Shown here one piece after another: positions 15,096 to 24,372 of a stretch of DNA of 32,000 nucleotides. The notes beneath the pieces are model-generated. The model did not search any database and had not been told where the DNA came from. It worked only from the letters and a program-made list of their open reading frames with translations. This DNA comes from Corynebacterium amycolatum (GTDB lineage: Bacteria > Actinomycetota > Actinomycetes > Mycobacteriales > Mycobacteriaceae), in assembly GCF_049243625.1 (NCBI RefSeq), contig NZ_CP046975.1. One strand, given 5' to 3'. Both the position numbers and the translations under genes were made by a program. Each line of letters starts with the position of its first letter. The stretch's first letter is position 1.

Positions 15096-16280
15096 CTACT
15101 TAAACAGCCCCTGGAACCACAGTGCGATGGAGTTCCAGGTATCAATCAGATTCTCGCTGACAGAACCATCACCGGAGGTACCAGCGATAGCGAAGATCAC
15201 CGCAACGGCAACAAAGATAGCCAGGATTGCCCAGGCCACACCGAAACCGCGGCTATTGACCTGGTAGAGGTCGGCGACCATGCGACCGTCGACAAGCTTC
15301 TCCCCGACCTTCAACCGCGACAGCAGCGCCGACGGCACACCCCGTTGATCCTCGTCGTGGTAAATGCTGTCGATGTTCTGCGGCGCACCGACGGAGACGA
15401 CCATGTCGGCCTCGTGATGCGCGGCGAAGACCAGCGCCAGGTCAGTAGCGGAATCGGACAGCGCCGGGAAGGTCATGGCGCCAATGCCGAGGTCCTGAAT
15501 GCGCTCGAGGCCCACCGCGTGACCGTCCGGATCAGCGGGCAGAATCACGCATCCGGCAGACCGCAGCGCCTCAGAGTTGATGTTCTCCGGATCGCCAATG
15601 ATGTAGTCCGGTTCGTACTTCAGGTCGAAGAGCGTGTCGGCGCCTGCATCGACGCCGATGAGCAGCGGCTCGTACTCGCGGATGAAGTTCTTCAGATCTT
15701 CCAGCGTCTTGCGGTGTCCCTCGCCAGGGCTGACCACAACGACCTTGCGGCCACGCAGCGGCTCTGTCTCGTCCGGAATGCCCAGGCCGTCGATGTAGAG
15801 CGGGGATTCGGTCTTGGCGAACTCCACCAAGTTGCCAGAGAGCGCCTCCAGGCGGTCGACCATACTGGTGCGACCCTCGTCGAAGGCGCGCTCCAGCTCA
15901 TCCTGGTCGACCTCGTCGCCCTGTCCAATTAGGCGGTCACCGTGGTAGAGCTTGCCGTCGTGAAGCCTTGCGTTTTTACCGTCCTTGAGCTTGGCAAAGA
16001 CCTCGTCGCCGACGTTCTGCACCATCTCGATGTCGGCGTCGCGCATCATCTGCGGGCCGTAATTCGGCACAAAACCCGTGGTAAACGCGCCAGTGTTCAC
16101 CACTGCGGCGACCTTGGCATCAATCAACTGCTGTGCCAGTGGACGCGAGATATCCGGTGCATCGATCACCACGATGTCGCCTTCGCCCATACGCTTCAGC
16201 GCACGATCCAGGCGGGAACCATCCCGCACGGTCCCCGAAATGCCAGGAAGATCTTTTTCGTTCCGAGAGAACAGACTCAT
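15096..16280 (-). CDS. steA: Putative cytokinetic ring protein SteA (thiamine pyrophosphokinase-like domain plus C-terminal TM helix)
   Basis: The N-terminus reads MSLFSRNEKDLPGISGTVRDGSRLDRALKRMGEGDIVVIDAPDISRPLAQQLIDAKVAAVVN. A C-terminal hydrophobic helix (FGVAWAILAIFVAVAVIFAIA) is present. Synteny after recN supports the call. Confidence 0.8.
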   Translation of the reverse strand: MSLFSRNEKDLPGISGTVRDGSRLDRALKRMGEGDIVVIDAPDISRPLAQQLIDAKVAAVVNTGAFTTGFVPNYGPQMMRDADIEMVQNVGDEVFAKLKDGKNARLHDGKLYHGDRLIGQGDEVDQDELERAFDEGRTSMVDRLEALSGNLVEFAKTESPLYIDGLGIPDETEPLRGRKVVVVSPGEGHRKTLEDLKNFIREYEPLLIGVDAGADTLFDLKYEPDYIIGDPENINSEALRSAGCVILPADPDGHAVGLERIQDLGIGAMTFPALSDSATDLALVFAAHHEADMVVSVGAPQNIDSIYHDEDQRGVPSALLSRLKVGEKLVDGRMVADLYQVNSRGFGVAWAILAIFVAVAVIFAIAGTSGDGSVSENLIDTWNSIALWFQGLFK

Positions 16281-16305
16281 GGCACTTAGTCAAACATAAG
16301 TGCAG

Positions 16306-18045
16306 CTACTTGGCCGCGAAGGCGCGCCGAGCTTGATCCAGAAGATCTTGCGCGTGCGCCCGTCCGGAGTCCGAATCGTCCAAGCCCGCCATCATCCGCG
16401 CGAGCTCGTCAATCCGCTCCTCATCGCCCAGGCTCGTCACCTTCGACGACACCGCACCTGAACGGGCATCCTTACTGACCACCAAGTGGGTATCCGCAAA
16501 CGCCGCCACCTGAGGCAAGTGCGTGACGACGATCACCTGGTTATTCACCGCCAACTGCTTCAGGCGCTTGCCAATCTCCACAGCCGCGCGCCCACCAACA
16601 CCGGCATCGACTTCATCGAAAACCATCGTGTGTCCGGCCTGTCCTTCGGCGAGGACAACTTCCAATGCCAGCATGATGCGGGATAGCTCGCCTCCGGATG
16701 CGGATGAGGCCAGCGGGCGCGGTTCGGCACCTTCGTGGGCACGGAGCTTGAACTCGATGTTGTCCACGCCAGCGGGGCCAAAGGTGTCGGCCTTGGTGAT
16801 CTCCACCACCAGCGAGGTATGTGGCATGGCCAGGCCCTTGAGTTCCTTGGTCACGGACTGTTCCAGGTGCTTCGCAGCCTTTGCGCGGGCCTTGGAGAGC
16901 TTCCGCGCGGTGTTACCGAGCTTCTTCTCTGCGGCCTTGATCTCTGCGGTGAGCTTGTCCAGGGCTTCGCCGGAAACATCCAGCGTGGCGAGCTTGCGCT
17001 CCGCCTTATCCCGCCAGGCCAACACGCCCGCGATGTCCGGGGCGTACTTACGGGTGAGATTCTTGATCTCCACCTGGCGCTGCATGAGCTTATCCAGGGA
17101 CTCGGTTTCCTCCGGCAGACCAGAGAGAAACGCGCCGAGACCAGCGGAAATCTCGGAGAGCTGGCTGGTCAGCTCATTGAGCTGGTTGGAAAACTCGGTG
17201 AGCTCGTCATCATTGGAGCCGGCGAGCTCGTTTGCGGCGGCACCGAGCAGTTCGGCAGCACCGGAGTCCTCGGTGGCGGCATCCATACCGGTCGTGCTCA
17301 CGGCGGCGGCGCCATCGATGGCGGCAAGCGCCACGGCTGCAGCGTCGCGGAGACCGTCCAGGTCCTGCATGCGCCGGATCTGGGAGGCCAGGTCCTGATC
17401 CTCATCTGGTTCGGGCGAGACTGCGTCGATTTCTTCGATGGCGAAGCTGAGCTGGTCAGCACGCATGGCCAACTCGCGTCGCTTAGAGGTCTTCTCTTCC
17501 AGCTCTTTGACCATGGTGCGCCAGTGTGCGCGTTGCTGACGGTAGGTTTCCAGCGTCGGCACGATGGTCTCGGCATCCATGCGGTCGATCGCCGCACGCT
17601 GCTCATCAGCGCTTTGCAAGCGCAGCTGATCATTCTGGCCATGAATCGCGATCAGGCGCGTGGAGACATCCGCCAATGCCGCAGCCGACGCACTGCGGCC
17701 GCCAACCCACGCACGGGAGCGGCCTTTCGCGGAGACCTGACGGGCAAGCAGGTACTCGTCATTCTCATCGCGCTCGCCGCCGAGCTCAGAGACCACAGCA
17801 TCGATGGTGGCTGACTCTTCCTCCGAGAGGTGCTCGGTGGAAACGCGACCTTCCACCAGAGCCTTGTCGGCGCCGGTGCGCACGCGGCCGGCGTCGGCAC
17901 GCGCGCCACAGAGCAACTTGAGGCTGGTGACCACCATGGTCTTACCCGCACCGGTTTCACCTGTGAGTACGGTCAGGCCTGGGCTGAATTCAAGCGTCGC
18001 ATCGGGGATAACGCCGAGGTCGCGGATGGAAATCTCAGTCAGCAT
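16306..18045 (-). CDS. recN: DNA repair protein RecN
   Basis: The protein begins MLTEISIRDLGVIPDATLEFSPGLTVLTGETGAGKTMV (Walker A). It has long coiled-coil middle regions, the signature SGGELSRIMLAL and Walker B MVFDEVDAGVGG. I chose the start at the internal ATG (18043..18045). The 29-codon upstream extension in the ORF track would overlap nadK. Confidence 0.92.
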   Translation of the reverse strand: MLTEISIRDLGVIPDATLEFSPGLTVLTGETGAGKTMVVTSLKLLCGARADAGRVRTGADKALVEGRVSTEHLSEEESATIDAVVSELGGERDENDEYLLARQVSAKGRSRAWVGGRSASAAALADVSTRLIAIHGQNDQLRLQSADEQRAAIDRMDAETIVPTLETYRQQRAHWRTMVKELEEKTSKRRELAMRADQLSFAIEEIDAVSPEPDEDQDLASQIRRMQDLDGLRDAAAVALAAIDGAAAVSTTGMDAATEDSGAAELLGAAANELAGSNDDELTEFSNQLNELTSQLSEISAGLGAFLSGLPEETESLDKLMQRQVEIKNLTRKYAPDIAGVLAWRDKAERKLATLDVSGEALDKLTAEIKAAEKKLGNTARKLSKARAKAAKHLEQSVTKELKGLAMPHTSLVVEITKADTFGPAGVDNIEFKLRAHEGAEPRPLASSASGGELSRIMLALEVVLAEGQAGHTMVFDEVDAGVGGRAAVEIGKRLKQLAVNNQVIVVTHLPQVAAFADTHLVVSKDARSGAVSSKVTSLGDEERIDELARMMAGLDDSDSGRAHAQDLLDQARRAFAAK

Positions 18046-18104
18046 GGCGCCTGCAATCAGTCCTTCCCTTGGAATGTGGGGTCTTGTCTGCCGTGGGTAA
18101 AAGG

Positions 18105-19091
18105 CTATTGGGCTTCGGCGGGGCCGCGCCACCCGGACGTCGGCAAGCGGAACTTGTGCACCAGACGATCGGCGAACGGCTGATCATCCAGACGCACCCA
18201 GCGCACCGGTTGCGCGCCGCGCTCGATTTCGATACGGCTGCCCGGCGGCATGGTGATGTTGCGGAAGCCGTCGAGCACCGCGACTGCCTCGGCGGTGTCG
18301 TGGTTGGTCTCAATGGCGATGGTCGAGTGCGGGGAGATCACCAGCGGGCGGGAGAACAGCGCGTGGGCATTATTGGGCACGACCAGCATGGCATCGAGCT
18401 CCGGCCAGAGCACCGGACCACCTGCGGAAAAGGCGTACGCGGTGGAGCCTGTCGGCGTGGAAATCAGCACGCCATCGCAGCCGTAGGAACTCACCGGGCG
18501 GCGATCGACCTCTAGGATGACGTCCAGCACGCCACGGCGGTTGACGTTTTCGATGCTGACTTCGTTCAGCGCCCAGCCGGAGCCAATTACGCGGCCGGTG
18601 GTGTCACGGACGGTGGCGCGGATGGTCATGCGATCTTCGATACGCCAGGAACGCTTGATAACGCGGTTGATCGCCTCCGTCATGGACTCCTGCTCCCACT
18701 CGGCGAGGAAGCCCACGTGTCCCATGTTGATACCGAGCACCGGCAGGTCAGCCGAATGCGCGATATCTGCGGCACGCAGGAAGGTACCGTCGCCACCCAG
18801 GACGAGGACGAGTTCGCATCCCGACGCTGCTTGCGGCGAGTGCCAGTAGCGCGGGTACTTACCGAGCGTTGGGTGCGCGGCCAACGCCTCCGGGTTCTTA
18901 CCGGCCAGCACGCGGATATCGATACCCGCGGCCTCAAGCAGCTCGGCCGCCTCGGCGGCCATTTCCAGGTTGGCGCTGCGGCCAGTGTGCGGGACCAGCA
19001 GGATCTCGCGCTTGCCGGCGCTGGTCTTGGGCTTGCTTTCCCGTGAGTGAGTCTTCGCGCTAGTCGGTGAGCCGGTCGGTGAGCTAGTCAT
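18105..19091 (-). CDS. nadK: NAD(+) kinase
   Basis: Diagnostic motifs are LVLVLGGDGTFLRAA (GGDG), NMGHVGFLAE and DGVLISTPTGSTAYAFSAGGP. The start is placed at the ATG at 19089..19091, which overlaps the tlyA stop in ATGACTAG. The longer ORF-track start at 19163 is less likely. Confidence 0.88.
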   Translation of the reverse strand: MTSSPTGSPTSAKTHSRESKPKTSAGKREILLVPHTGRSANLEMAAEAAELLEAAGIDIRVLAGKNPEALAAHPTLGKYPRYWHSPQAASGCELVLVLGGDGTFLRAADIAHSADLPVLGINMGHVGFLAEWEQESMTEAINRVIKRSWRIEDRMTIRATVRDTTGRVIGSGWALNEVSIENVNRRGVLDVILEVDRRPVSSYGCDGVLISTPTGSTAYAFSAGGPVLWPELDAMLVVPNNAHALFSRPLVISPHSTIAIETNHDTAEAVAVLDGFRNITMPPGSRIEIERGAQPVRWVRLDDQPFADRLVHKFRLPTSGWRGPAEAQ

Positions 19092-19932
19092 TGTGCGGCC
19101 CCTCCTCAACGGCCTTAGCGATGGCCGCAGCCATAGCCTCATCACCAATATCGCTGGCGCCACCGTCTTTCACCAGCCATAGGAAGAACTCCACGTTGCC
19201 GCTCGGACCCGGAAGCGGGCTGGCCACAGCTGCGCGGAAGGACAGCCCCAGAGTGCGGGCGTACTCGGCGACTTCTTGGACAACTTCCTGACGCAGCGCA
19301 TCGCTGCGCACAACACCACCGGAGCCAAGGCGCTCCTTGCCTACCTCGAACTGTGGTTTGACCATCGGCAGCAGGTCAGCGCCCTCGTCCAGGCAGGATA
19401 CAATCGCTGGCAGGACCAGCTTCAGAGAGATAAACGACAGGTCGCCGACCATGACATCGGCCGTGCCGCCGAGGATCTCCGGGGTCAGCGTGCGGACATT
19501 AGTTCGGTCGAGCACAACCACCCGTGGGTCATCCTGCAGGCGCCAAATCAGCTGACCGTAGCCGACATCGACGGCGTAGACGGTATTAACATCGCGGCGC
19601 AGACACACATCGGTAAAACCGCCTGTCGAGGCACCGGCATCCAGCACTTTCCGGCCCTTCAAGTCCAGGCCCTGCGGCTCGAACGCTTCCAGTGCTCCGA
19701 GCAGCTTGTGAGCCCCGCGCGACGCCCAGTTCTCGTCTTCTTCCAGGCCACTGACGCGAATGGACACGTCCCCTGTCACCGCAGTCGCGGGCTTGGAGGC
19801 GACAAAACCACCGACCTCGACTCGACCGGCCTTAATCATGTCCACTGCCGCCTCACGGGAGCGAGCAATCTTCCTTCGCACCAGCTCCGCATCGAGCCTG
19901 CGCTTAGGAGCTTTCTTTGCCACCGCGTTCAC
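19084..19932 (-). CDS. tlyA: TlyA-family rRNA (cytidine-2'-O)-methyltransferase
   Basis: The N-terminus is S4-like (RRLDAELVRRKIARSREAAVDMIKAGRVEVGG). The FtsJ-type AdoMet site is VLDAGASTGGFTDV. The GTG start overlaps the upstream stop (GTGA). Confidence 0.88.
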   Translation of the reverse strand: MNAVAKKAPKRRLDAELVRRKIARSREAAVDMIKAGRVEVGGFVASKPATAVTGDVSIRVSGLEEDENWASRGAHKLLGALEAFEPQGLDLKGRKVLDAGASTGGFTDVCLRRDVNTVYAVDVGYGQLIWRLQDDPRVVVLDRTNVRTLTPEILGGTADVMVGDLSFISLKLVLPAIVSCLDEGADLLPMVKPQFEVGKERLGSGGVVRSDALRQEVVQEVAEYARTLGLSFRAAVASPLPGPSGNVEFFLWLVKDGGASDIGDEAMAAAIAKAVEEGPHND

Positions 19933-20192
19933 TTTCCTTCCCTGCGTGACGAGCCCAGGGCCTCATACAAAATCTCATGCGCCCGTTCGAACTGTGCGAC
20001 TCTCTCCTGCGGAGTCGGCGCTGGTGCGGATAGTGCAGCCGCAACCTGCTCCCGGACGTCCTCCGGGGTTACCTCGCGCGCACCGGGCATTGCCGCCGGG
20101 CTGGGTGCAGCAGAGGGACCCGGTTTCGGCCCCGGCACGGGACCAGACTCCTGCCCCGGCCCCTGCCCAGGCTTCGGTGCGATCTCGCTCAT
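19929..20192 (-). CDS. Small Pro/Gly-rich hypothetical protein (positional equivalent of Rv1693)
   Basis: It is tightly coupled, 6 nt after the HAD stop and with a 4-nt overlap with the tlyA start. The C-terminus (ERVAQFERAHEILYEAL) looks structured. The low-complexity N-terminus lowers confidence. Confidence 0.5.
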   Translation of the reverse strand: MSEIAPKPGQGPGQESGPVPGPKPGPSAAPSPAAMPGAREVTPEDVREQVAAALSAPAPTPQERVAQFERAHEILYEALGSSRREGK

Positions 20193-20198
20193 CAGCTA

Positions 20199-21248
20199 TC
20201 ACTTCCGCCAGGCAGCCAGCGCCGCCTCAGCAGCCGGGCCCTCTGCGCGGACCTGCGTGACCTCGACTGCGCCAGCACGACCAGCCTCAGAGTTCCACAC
20301 CACATCCGCGACCGTCAGCAGCGCCGCCACCGCGGCCTCCGCCGGGTTCGCCAACCGAGGATCCTCCGTGTCACCGCCAGAAAGAACGATGACACCGGCC
20401 TCCGCATCGTCGTAACGCGCGGTGAAACCAGCCTGCGGAGCCGGACGTGCCTGATCCAGCTCACGATTCAGCGCGGTCATGTCAGCACCGATGAGCGTCG
20501 GACGGTGCTCGGGCGGCGCTGCGACGACATCCATATGCGTGGAAACGCCCGTGACCACCATAAACGTGTCCACCTTGGCAGCGTTTCCGCCCGCGATGTC
20601 GGTATCCAGGCGGTCCCCAATCGCCAGCGGATTCTTTGCGCCCACACGCTCCGCCGCCTTAATGAACATCGGCGGCTTCGGCTTACCGGCCGACAGTGGC
20701 GCCACGCCCGTCGTCGTCGAAATCGCCGCAGCCACCGAACCATTGCCGACCAGGAAACCGCGCTCCGACGGCAGCGTCGTATCCAAATTCGACACCAGGT
20801 AGCGCGCACCCCGCGACACCGCCAGCGCCGCCTCCGACATCTGCTTCCACGTCATCTCACGGTTGAGCCCCTGGAAAACCGCCGCAGGGTTGTCATCAGC
20901 GGAATCCACCACGGTGTACCCCGCCTCACGAGCCAACTGCTTAAACGACTCCGCACCCAACACAAAGACGTTCGAGCCCGGATCAATGACCTCCGCCGCC
21001 ATCTCGATGGCCGCCTGCGCTGACGTCATCACATCGTCCGCGTGAACGTCATAGCCCAGCCCATTGAGCTGATCCGCCACCGTCTGTGGCGCACGGGAGG
21101 CGTTGTTCGTAATAAACACCATCGGCAGCGCCGCCTCGGTCAGCCCCTCCAGCGCGTTCGGAATCGCCGCGCCGCCCTCGTAAATCGTGCCATCCAGATC
21201 AAGCAGAGCGGCATCATAGGAAGAAGCGACAGAAGCCATGAGGTGCAT
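20199..21248 (-). CDS. HAD-IIA superfamily phosphatase (NagD/Rv1692-like)
   Basis: Motif I is LLDLDGTIYEG, followed by FITNNASR, and motif IV is IGDRLDTDIAGG. The AAGGAG Shine-Dalgarno is better spaced for the ATG at 21239 (Met4) than for 21248. Confidence 0.82.
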   Translation of the reverse strand: MHLMASVASSYDAALLDLDGTIYEGGAAIPNALEGLTEAALPMVFITNNASRAPQTVADQLNGLGYDVHADDVMTSAQAAIEMAAEVIDPGSNVFVLGAESFKQLAREAGYTVVDSADDNPAAVFQGLNREMTWKQMSEAALAVSRGARYLVSNLDTTLPSERGFLVGNGSVAAAISTTTGVAPLSAGKPKPPMFIKAAERVGAKNPLAIGDRLDTDIAGGNAAKVDTFMVVTGVSTHMDVVAAPPEHRPTLIGADMTALNRELDQARPAPQAGFTARYDDAEAGVIVLSGGDTEDPRLANPAEAAVAALLTVADVVWNSEAGRAGAVEVTQVRAEGPAAEAALAAWRK

Positions 21249-21348
21249 TTCTCCTTTTACGAAATAGGAACGCTTTACGACGAATTGTAGATGCGCGGCC
21301 GGATTGCGTCAGCGGTGGCTGGTTGTGCGAGCCGGGCAGCTGGGCTGT

Positions 21349-22545
21349 TTACTTGCTCAGCTCTTCGATGCGCTCGCGAGCATCGAGCATCTGGTCGACA
21401 TCAATCTTGGCGCAGCGGGTAAACCACACCTTGGCATCGTCTTTACGGCCGGCCTCCACCAGCGCATCAGCGTAGGCGTAGAACAGGCGAGCTGCTTCGA
21501 AGTCCTCACGGTCCGGGTTCAAATCCTGGGTCTCCAGCTCAACCAGAGCCTCATCAATCTGGCCCATATCGCGGCGGGCACCTGCGGCGACGATAGCCAG
21601 CTCAGTCTTGGACTCGTTGTCCAGCTGCTTGGCTTCCTCGGAGCGAGCCAGCTCGATGGCCTTCTCCGGGCGGCCGAGGCCGCGCTCACAGTCCGCCATC
21701 ACCGCGAGCATGCCCGGACCACCGGAGATGCGACGAGCAGCACGCAGCTCCGCCAGGGCTTCCTTCCACTCAACTGCGTGGTAAGCGGCAACACCAGCGG
21801 TCTCACGAACGACACCGACGCGGCCTGCGCGGTCCTTCGCTGCGCGGGCGTGCTCCAGGGCACGCTGCGGGTCTTCAGCCATCAGGATTGCAGCCATAAT
21901 CATATGACGAGCGACCTTGTCGGCGTTGTCCTTAGCTAGGCTCTTCAAATCCTGGCGCACGCTCGGGTCGAGCTCGTCTGCACGAATGTCATCTGGCAGC
22001 TTCGGCTCGTTCTTGCGGGCCTCAATGCGCTCCTCGCGGAAACCTGGGCGCTGCGGGCCGGTGCGGTGCGTACGCTTCTCATCCTGGAAGCGACCACCAC
22101 GGTTGGAGCGACGTGGCTTACCACCACGACGGTCGAAGTTGCGGTCTCCCTGGCCACCGCGTCCGCCCGGGCCGCGACGATCATTGCGGTCGCCCCGGTC
22201 GTTGCGGTTGTAACCGCGCTCGCCGCGCTCATTACGATCATCGCGATTGTTGCGGTTGTAACCACGACCGCCACGACCACCGCGTTCATTGCGGTCACCG
22301 CGGTTAAAGTCACGATCGTCGCGATCATCACGACGGAAGCCCCGCGAACCACGGGAATCGCGGTTGCCGCCATGACCACCGTGACCACCACGGCCACGAC
22401 CACCTGGGCCACCGCCCTGTCCACGACGATCGTTGCGGTTGCGCCCGTTAAAGCCGCCCTCGCCACGACCATGGGAACGGTTAGACCCGCGGTTTCCGCG
22501 ATTTCCTCGGCCTTCGCCGGAACGAGGACCTACGTGCTCAGCCAT
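21349..22545 (-). CDS. TPR-repeat protein with a roughly 190-aa Arg/Gly/Asp/Asn-rich low-complexity N-terminus
   Basis: AAGGAG lies 11 nt upstream of the ATG. The N-terminus consists of RGG/RGD/RNDR-type repeats. The C-terminal roughly 200 aa have TPR-like helical repeats (AAYHAVEWKEALAELRAA..., ARLFYAYADALVEAGRKDDAKVWF). Confidence 0.75.
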   Translation of the reverse strand: MAEHVGPRSGEGRGNRGNRGSNRSHGRGEGGFNGRNRNDRRGQGGGPGGRGRGGHGGHGGNRDSRGSRGFRRDDRDDRDFNRGDRNERGGRGGRGYNRNNRDDRNERGERGYNRNDRGDRNDRRGPGGRGGQGDRNFDRRGGKPRRSNRGGRFQDEKRTHRTGPQRPGFREERIEARKNEPKLPDDIRADELDPSVRQDLKSLAKDNADKVARHMIMAAILMAEDPQRALEHARAAKDRAGRVGVVRETAGVAAYHAVEWKEALAELRAARRISGGPGMLAVMADCERGLGRPEKAIELARSEEAKQLDNESKTELAIVAAGARRDMGQIDEALVELETQDLNPDREDFEAARLFYAYADALVEAGRKDDAKVWFTRCAKIDVDQMLDARERIEELSK

Positions 22546-22657
22546 GAAGTCGGAGCTCCTTATATGTAATGAGTAAAAGAATTTATGTGTTTTCAGGCTA
22601 CCAGTAACCCCGGATTGCCTGGTGGTCTACCTAAAAGACCAAACTTTCATACTACTG

Positions 22658-23569
22658 CTAAGACCTACCCACATTCCAGCCCAGCAAACGCGCGGAACCT
22701 GTGGCCTTCCCCACTGCCTGGGACAAATCCCAGACAGCCAAGCCAATCCAGCCGTCGGTAGTGAACTGCGCGGTAGCGGTGGTTCCCTCGACGCGGAGCT
22801 CATGCTCGGCATCCGAAAGCCCGTCTGGCACGGCGAGGTTGGCGCCCAGGGCGTCGTTAAGCAATGCCTTGAGGGCGCGAGCATTGCCCTGTTCAGCGCG
22901 ATGTGCGGCGCGGCGGAAAACGGTGAGCGCTTCCTTGGCGGCGTCCTCGGGCATCACGGTGGTGTCGGCAGCGAGGTCAAAGAGACCCTCCTGCTCGAAG
23001 GTTGCGGTCTTGGGTTGTTTGGGCTCGGAGATAGGCGCGGCGGGCGTGGTTTTTGTCGGCACTGCATTCGCCTGTGCTGCATTCGTCTGCCCGCGACTCC
23101 CCGCGCCGGCGAAACCTGGCCCCTCGGGCACTGCGGTGCCCTTCTGATACGCAGTGGCGGCCGCGCGGGCGCGCTGATCAGCGGCCTCGTTCATGTCGTG
23201 GCCGGAGTGTCCCTTAACCCACTCGAGGTGGATATTGCGGCCGACGAGCAGCTGGTCGATGTCCTGCAAGATATCGACGTTGAGGACGGGCTTGCCGTCG
23301 CGCTTCTTCCATCCCTTGCGCTTCCACCCCGGCATCCACTTGGTAACGGAGTTAATCACGTACTGCGAATCACACAGTACGAAAAGAGGTTCGTCGGGGA
23401 TGTGCGCGGTAGCGCGGAGCAGCTCGGCAAGAGCAGTGAGCTCCCCGCGGTTGTTGGTTCCCTCTCTCCATCCGCCGGCGGCCCAGCAGCTGTCGTCGAT
23501 ATACCAGCACCACCCGGCAGGTCCGGGGTTGTGCAAGGCGGAACCGTCAACGGCAGCAGTAATAGTCAT
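22658..23569 (-). CDS. rnhA: RNase HI domain protein with a roughly 150-aa C-terminal extension of unknown function
   Basis: The DEDD residues sit in AAVDGSAL, NNRGELTAL, LCDSQYV and HDMNEAADQRA. The WKKRDGKPVLNVDI and HLEWVKGHSGH blocks are typical of RNase HI. A Pro/Ala/Thr linker and an unassigned domain follow. Confidence 0.8.
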   Translation of the reverse strand: MTITAAVDGSALHNPGPAGWCWYIDDSCWAAGGWREGTNNRGELTALAELLRATAHIPDEPLFVLCDSQYVINSVTKWMPGWKRKGWKKRDGKPVLNVDILQDIDQLLVGRNIHLEWVKGHSGHDMNEAADQRARAAATAYQKGTAVPEGPGFAGAGSRGQTNAAQANAVPTKTTPAAPISEPKQPKTATFEQEGLFDLAADTTVMPEDAAKEALTVFRRAAHRAEQGNARALKALLNDALGANLAVPDGLSDAEHELRVEGTTATAQFTTDGWIGLAVWDLSQAVGKATGSARLLGWNVGRS

Positions 23570-23613
23570 GAGGCTAGATTGTATCGGCTGCGTGGGGCCG
23601 GCTCGGAATTGGC

Positions 23614-24372
23614 TTAAGAGCCGTAACAGGCGACCGGGCCGTGCGGGCCCTCGACGATGTCAATGTGAGTGTTGAAGATTGGGCTCAGAACCTCCGAACG
23701 CATCAGCTCTGAGGTTGGGCCGTGCTCAACAATCTGGCCATCCTTGACCGCACAGATGTAATCGGCGTAGCGAGCCGCGAAATTGATGTCATGCAACACC
23801 ACCACCATCGTGCGACCCAACTCGCGCACTGCAGTGCGCAGGTGCGACATGATGTCGACCGAATGAGAAATGTCCAGGTTGTTCAACGGCTCGTCGAGAA
23901 GCACGTAATCCGTCTCCTGACAGAGCACCATTGCGACATACGCGCGCTGACGCTGACCGCCCGAGAGTTCATCCAGGTAGCGGCCCTGGAGCGCCTCAAG
24001 GTTGAGGAACTCGATGTACTGAGAGATGATGCGCTCATCCTCGGCGGTCAGGCGCCCCTGGCTGTACGGGAAGCGGCCGAAGCTGACTAGCTGGCGCACG
24101 GTGAGACGGGTGACGAAGTGATTGTCCTGACGCAGAATCGACAGCACCTTCGCCAGATCCTTCGACTTGGTCTTGCCCACGTTGTACGGGCCGACGTTGA
24201 TGTCGCCGGAATCGACGGCCAGAAGGCGGCCAATCATAGTCAAGAGCGTGGACTTGCCCGCACCGTTCGGTCCGATCAGCGCCGTGATGGAGTTGGTCGG
24301 AATTTCCAGGTCAACGGGGCCAATTGACACCTCGCTGGTATAGCTCTTGCTTACACTGTCGAGGAGAATCAT
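23614..24372 (-). CDS. Iron-siderophore ABC transporter ATP-binding protein
   Basis: Walker A is GPNGAGKST, the signature is LSGGQRQR, Walker B is VLLDEPLNNLD and the H-loop is VVLHD. The start overlaps the permease stop by 4 nt. Confidence 0.9.
   Translation of the reverse strand: MILLDSVSKSYTSEVSIGPVDLEIPTNSITALIGPNGAGKSTLLTMIGRLLAVDSGDINVGPYNVGKTKSKDLAKVLSILRQDNHFVTRLTVRQLVSFGRFPYSQGRLTAEDERIISQYIEFLNLEALQGRYLDELSGGQRQRAYVAMVLCQETDYVLLDEPLNNLDISHSVDIMSHLRTAVRELGRTMVVVLHDINFAARYADYICAVKDGQIVEHGPTSELMRSEVLSPIFNTHIDIVEGPHGPVACYGS

Noticed and set aside
15075-15932. 285-aa + strand ORF antisense to steA
   Set aside because: It has no recognisable motif and overlaps the well-supported steA gene. 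It is a high-GC shadow ORF.
16523-17814. Long + strand ORFs (291 aa and 359 aa) antisense to recN
   Set aside because: They are Ala/Arg/Ser/Pro-rich translations with no motifs, lying entirely inside a motif-perfect recN. This is the typical open antisense frame of high-GC DNA.
18046-18132. 29-codon N-terminal extension of recN, and the similar 24-codon extension of nadK to 19163
   Set aside because: The extensions are Arg/Pro-rich, precede the conserved N-termini (MLTEISIRDLG; basic/Ser-rich nadK leader) and would overlap the upstream genes. The internal ATGs give the standard gene spacing.
19276-20415. 379-aa + strand ORF spanning tlyA, the small ORF and the HAD gene on the opposite strand
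   Set aside because: It crosses three tightly coupled minus-strand genes and has a low-complexity composition. It is a shadow ORF.
22622-23617. 331-aa + strand ORF opposite the RNase HI gene
   Set aside because: The minus-strand frame carries the full DEDD RNase HI motif set. The + frame has no motifs.
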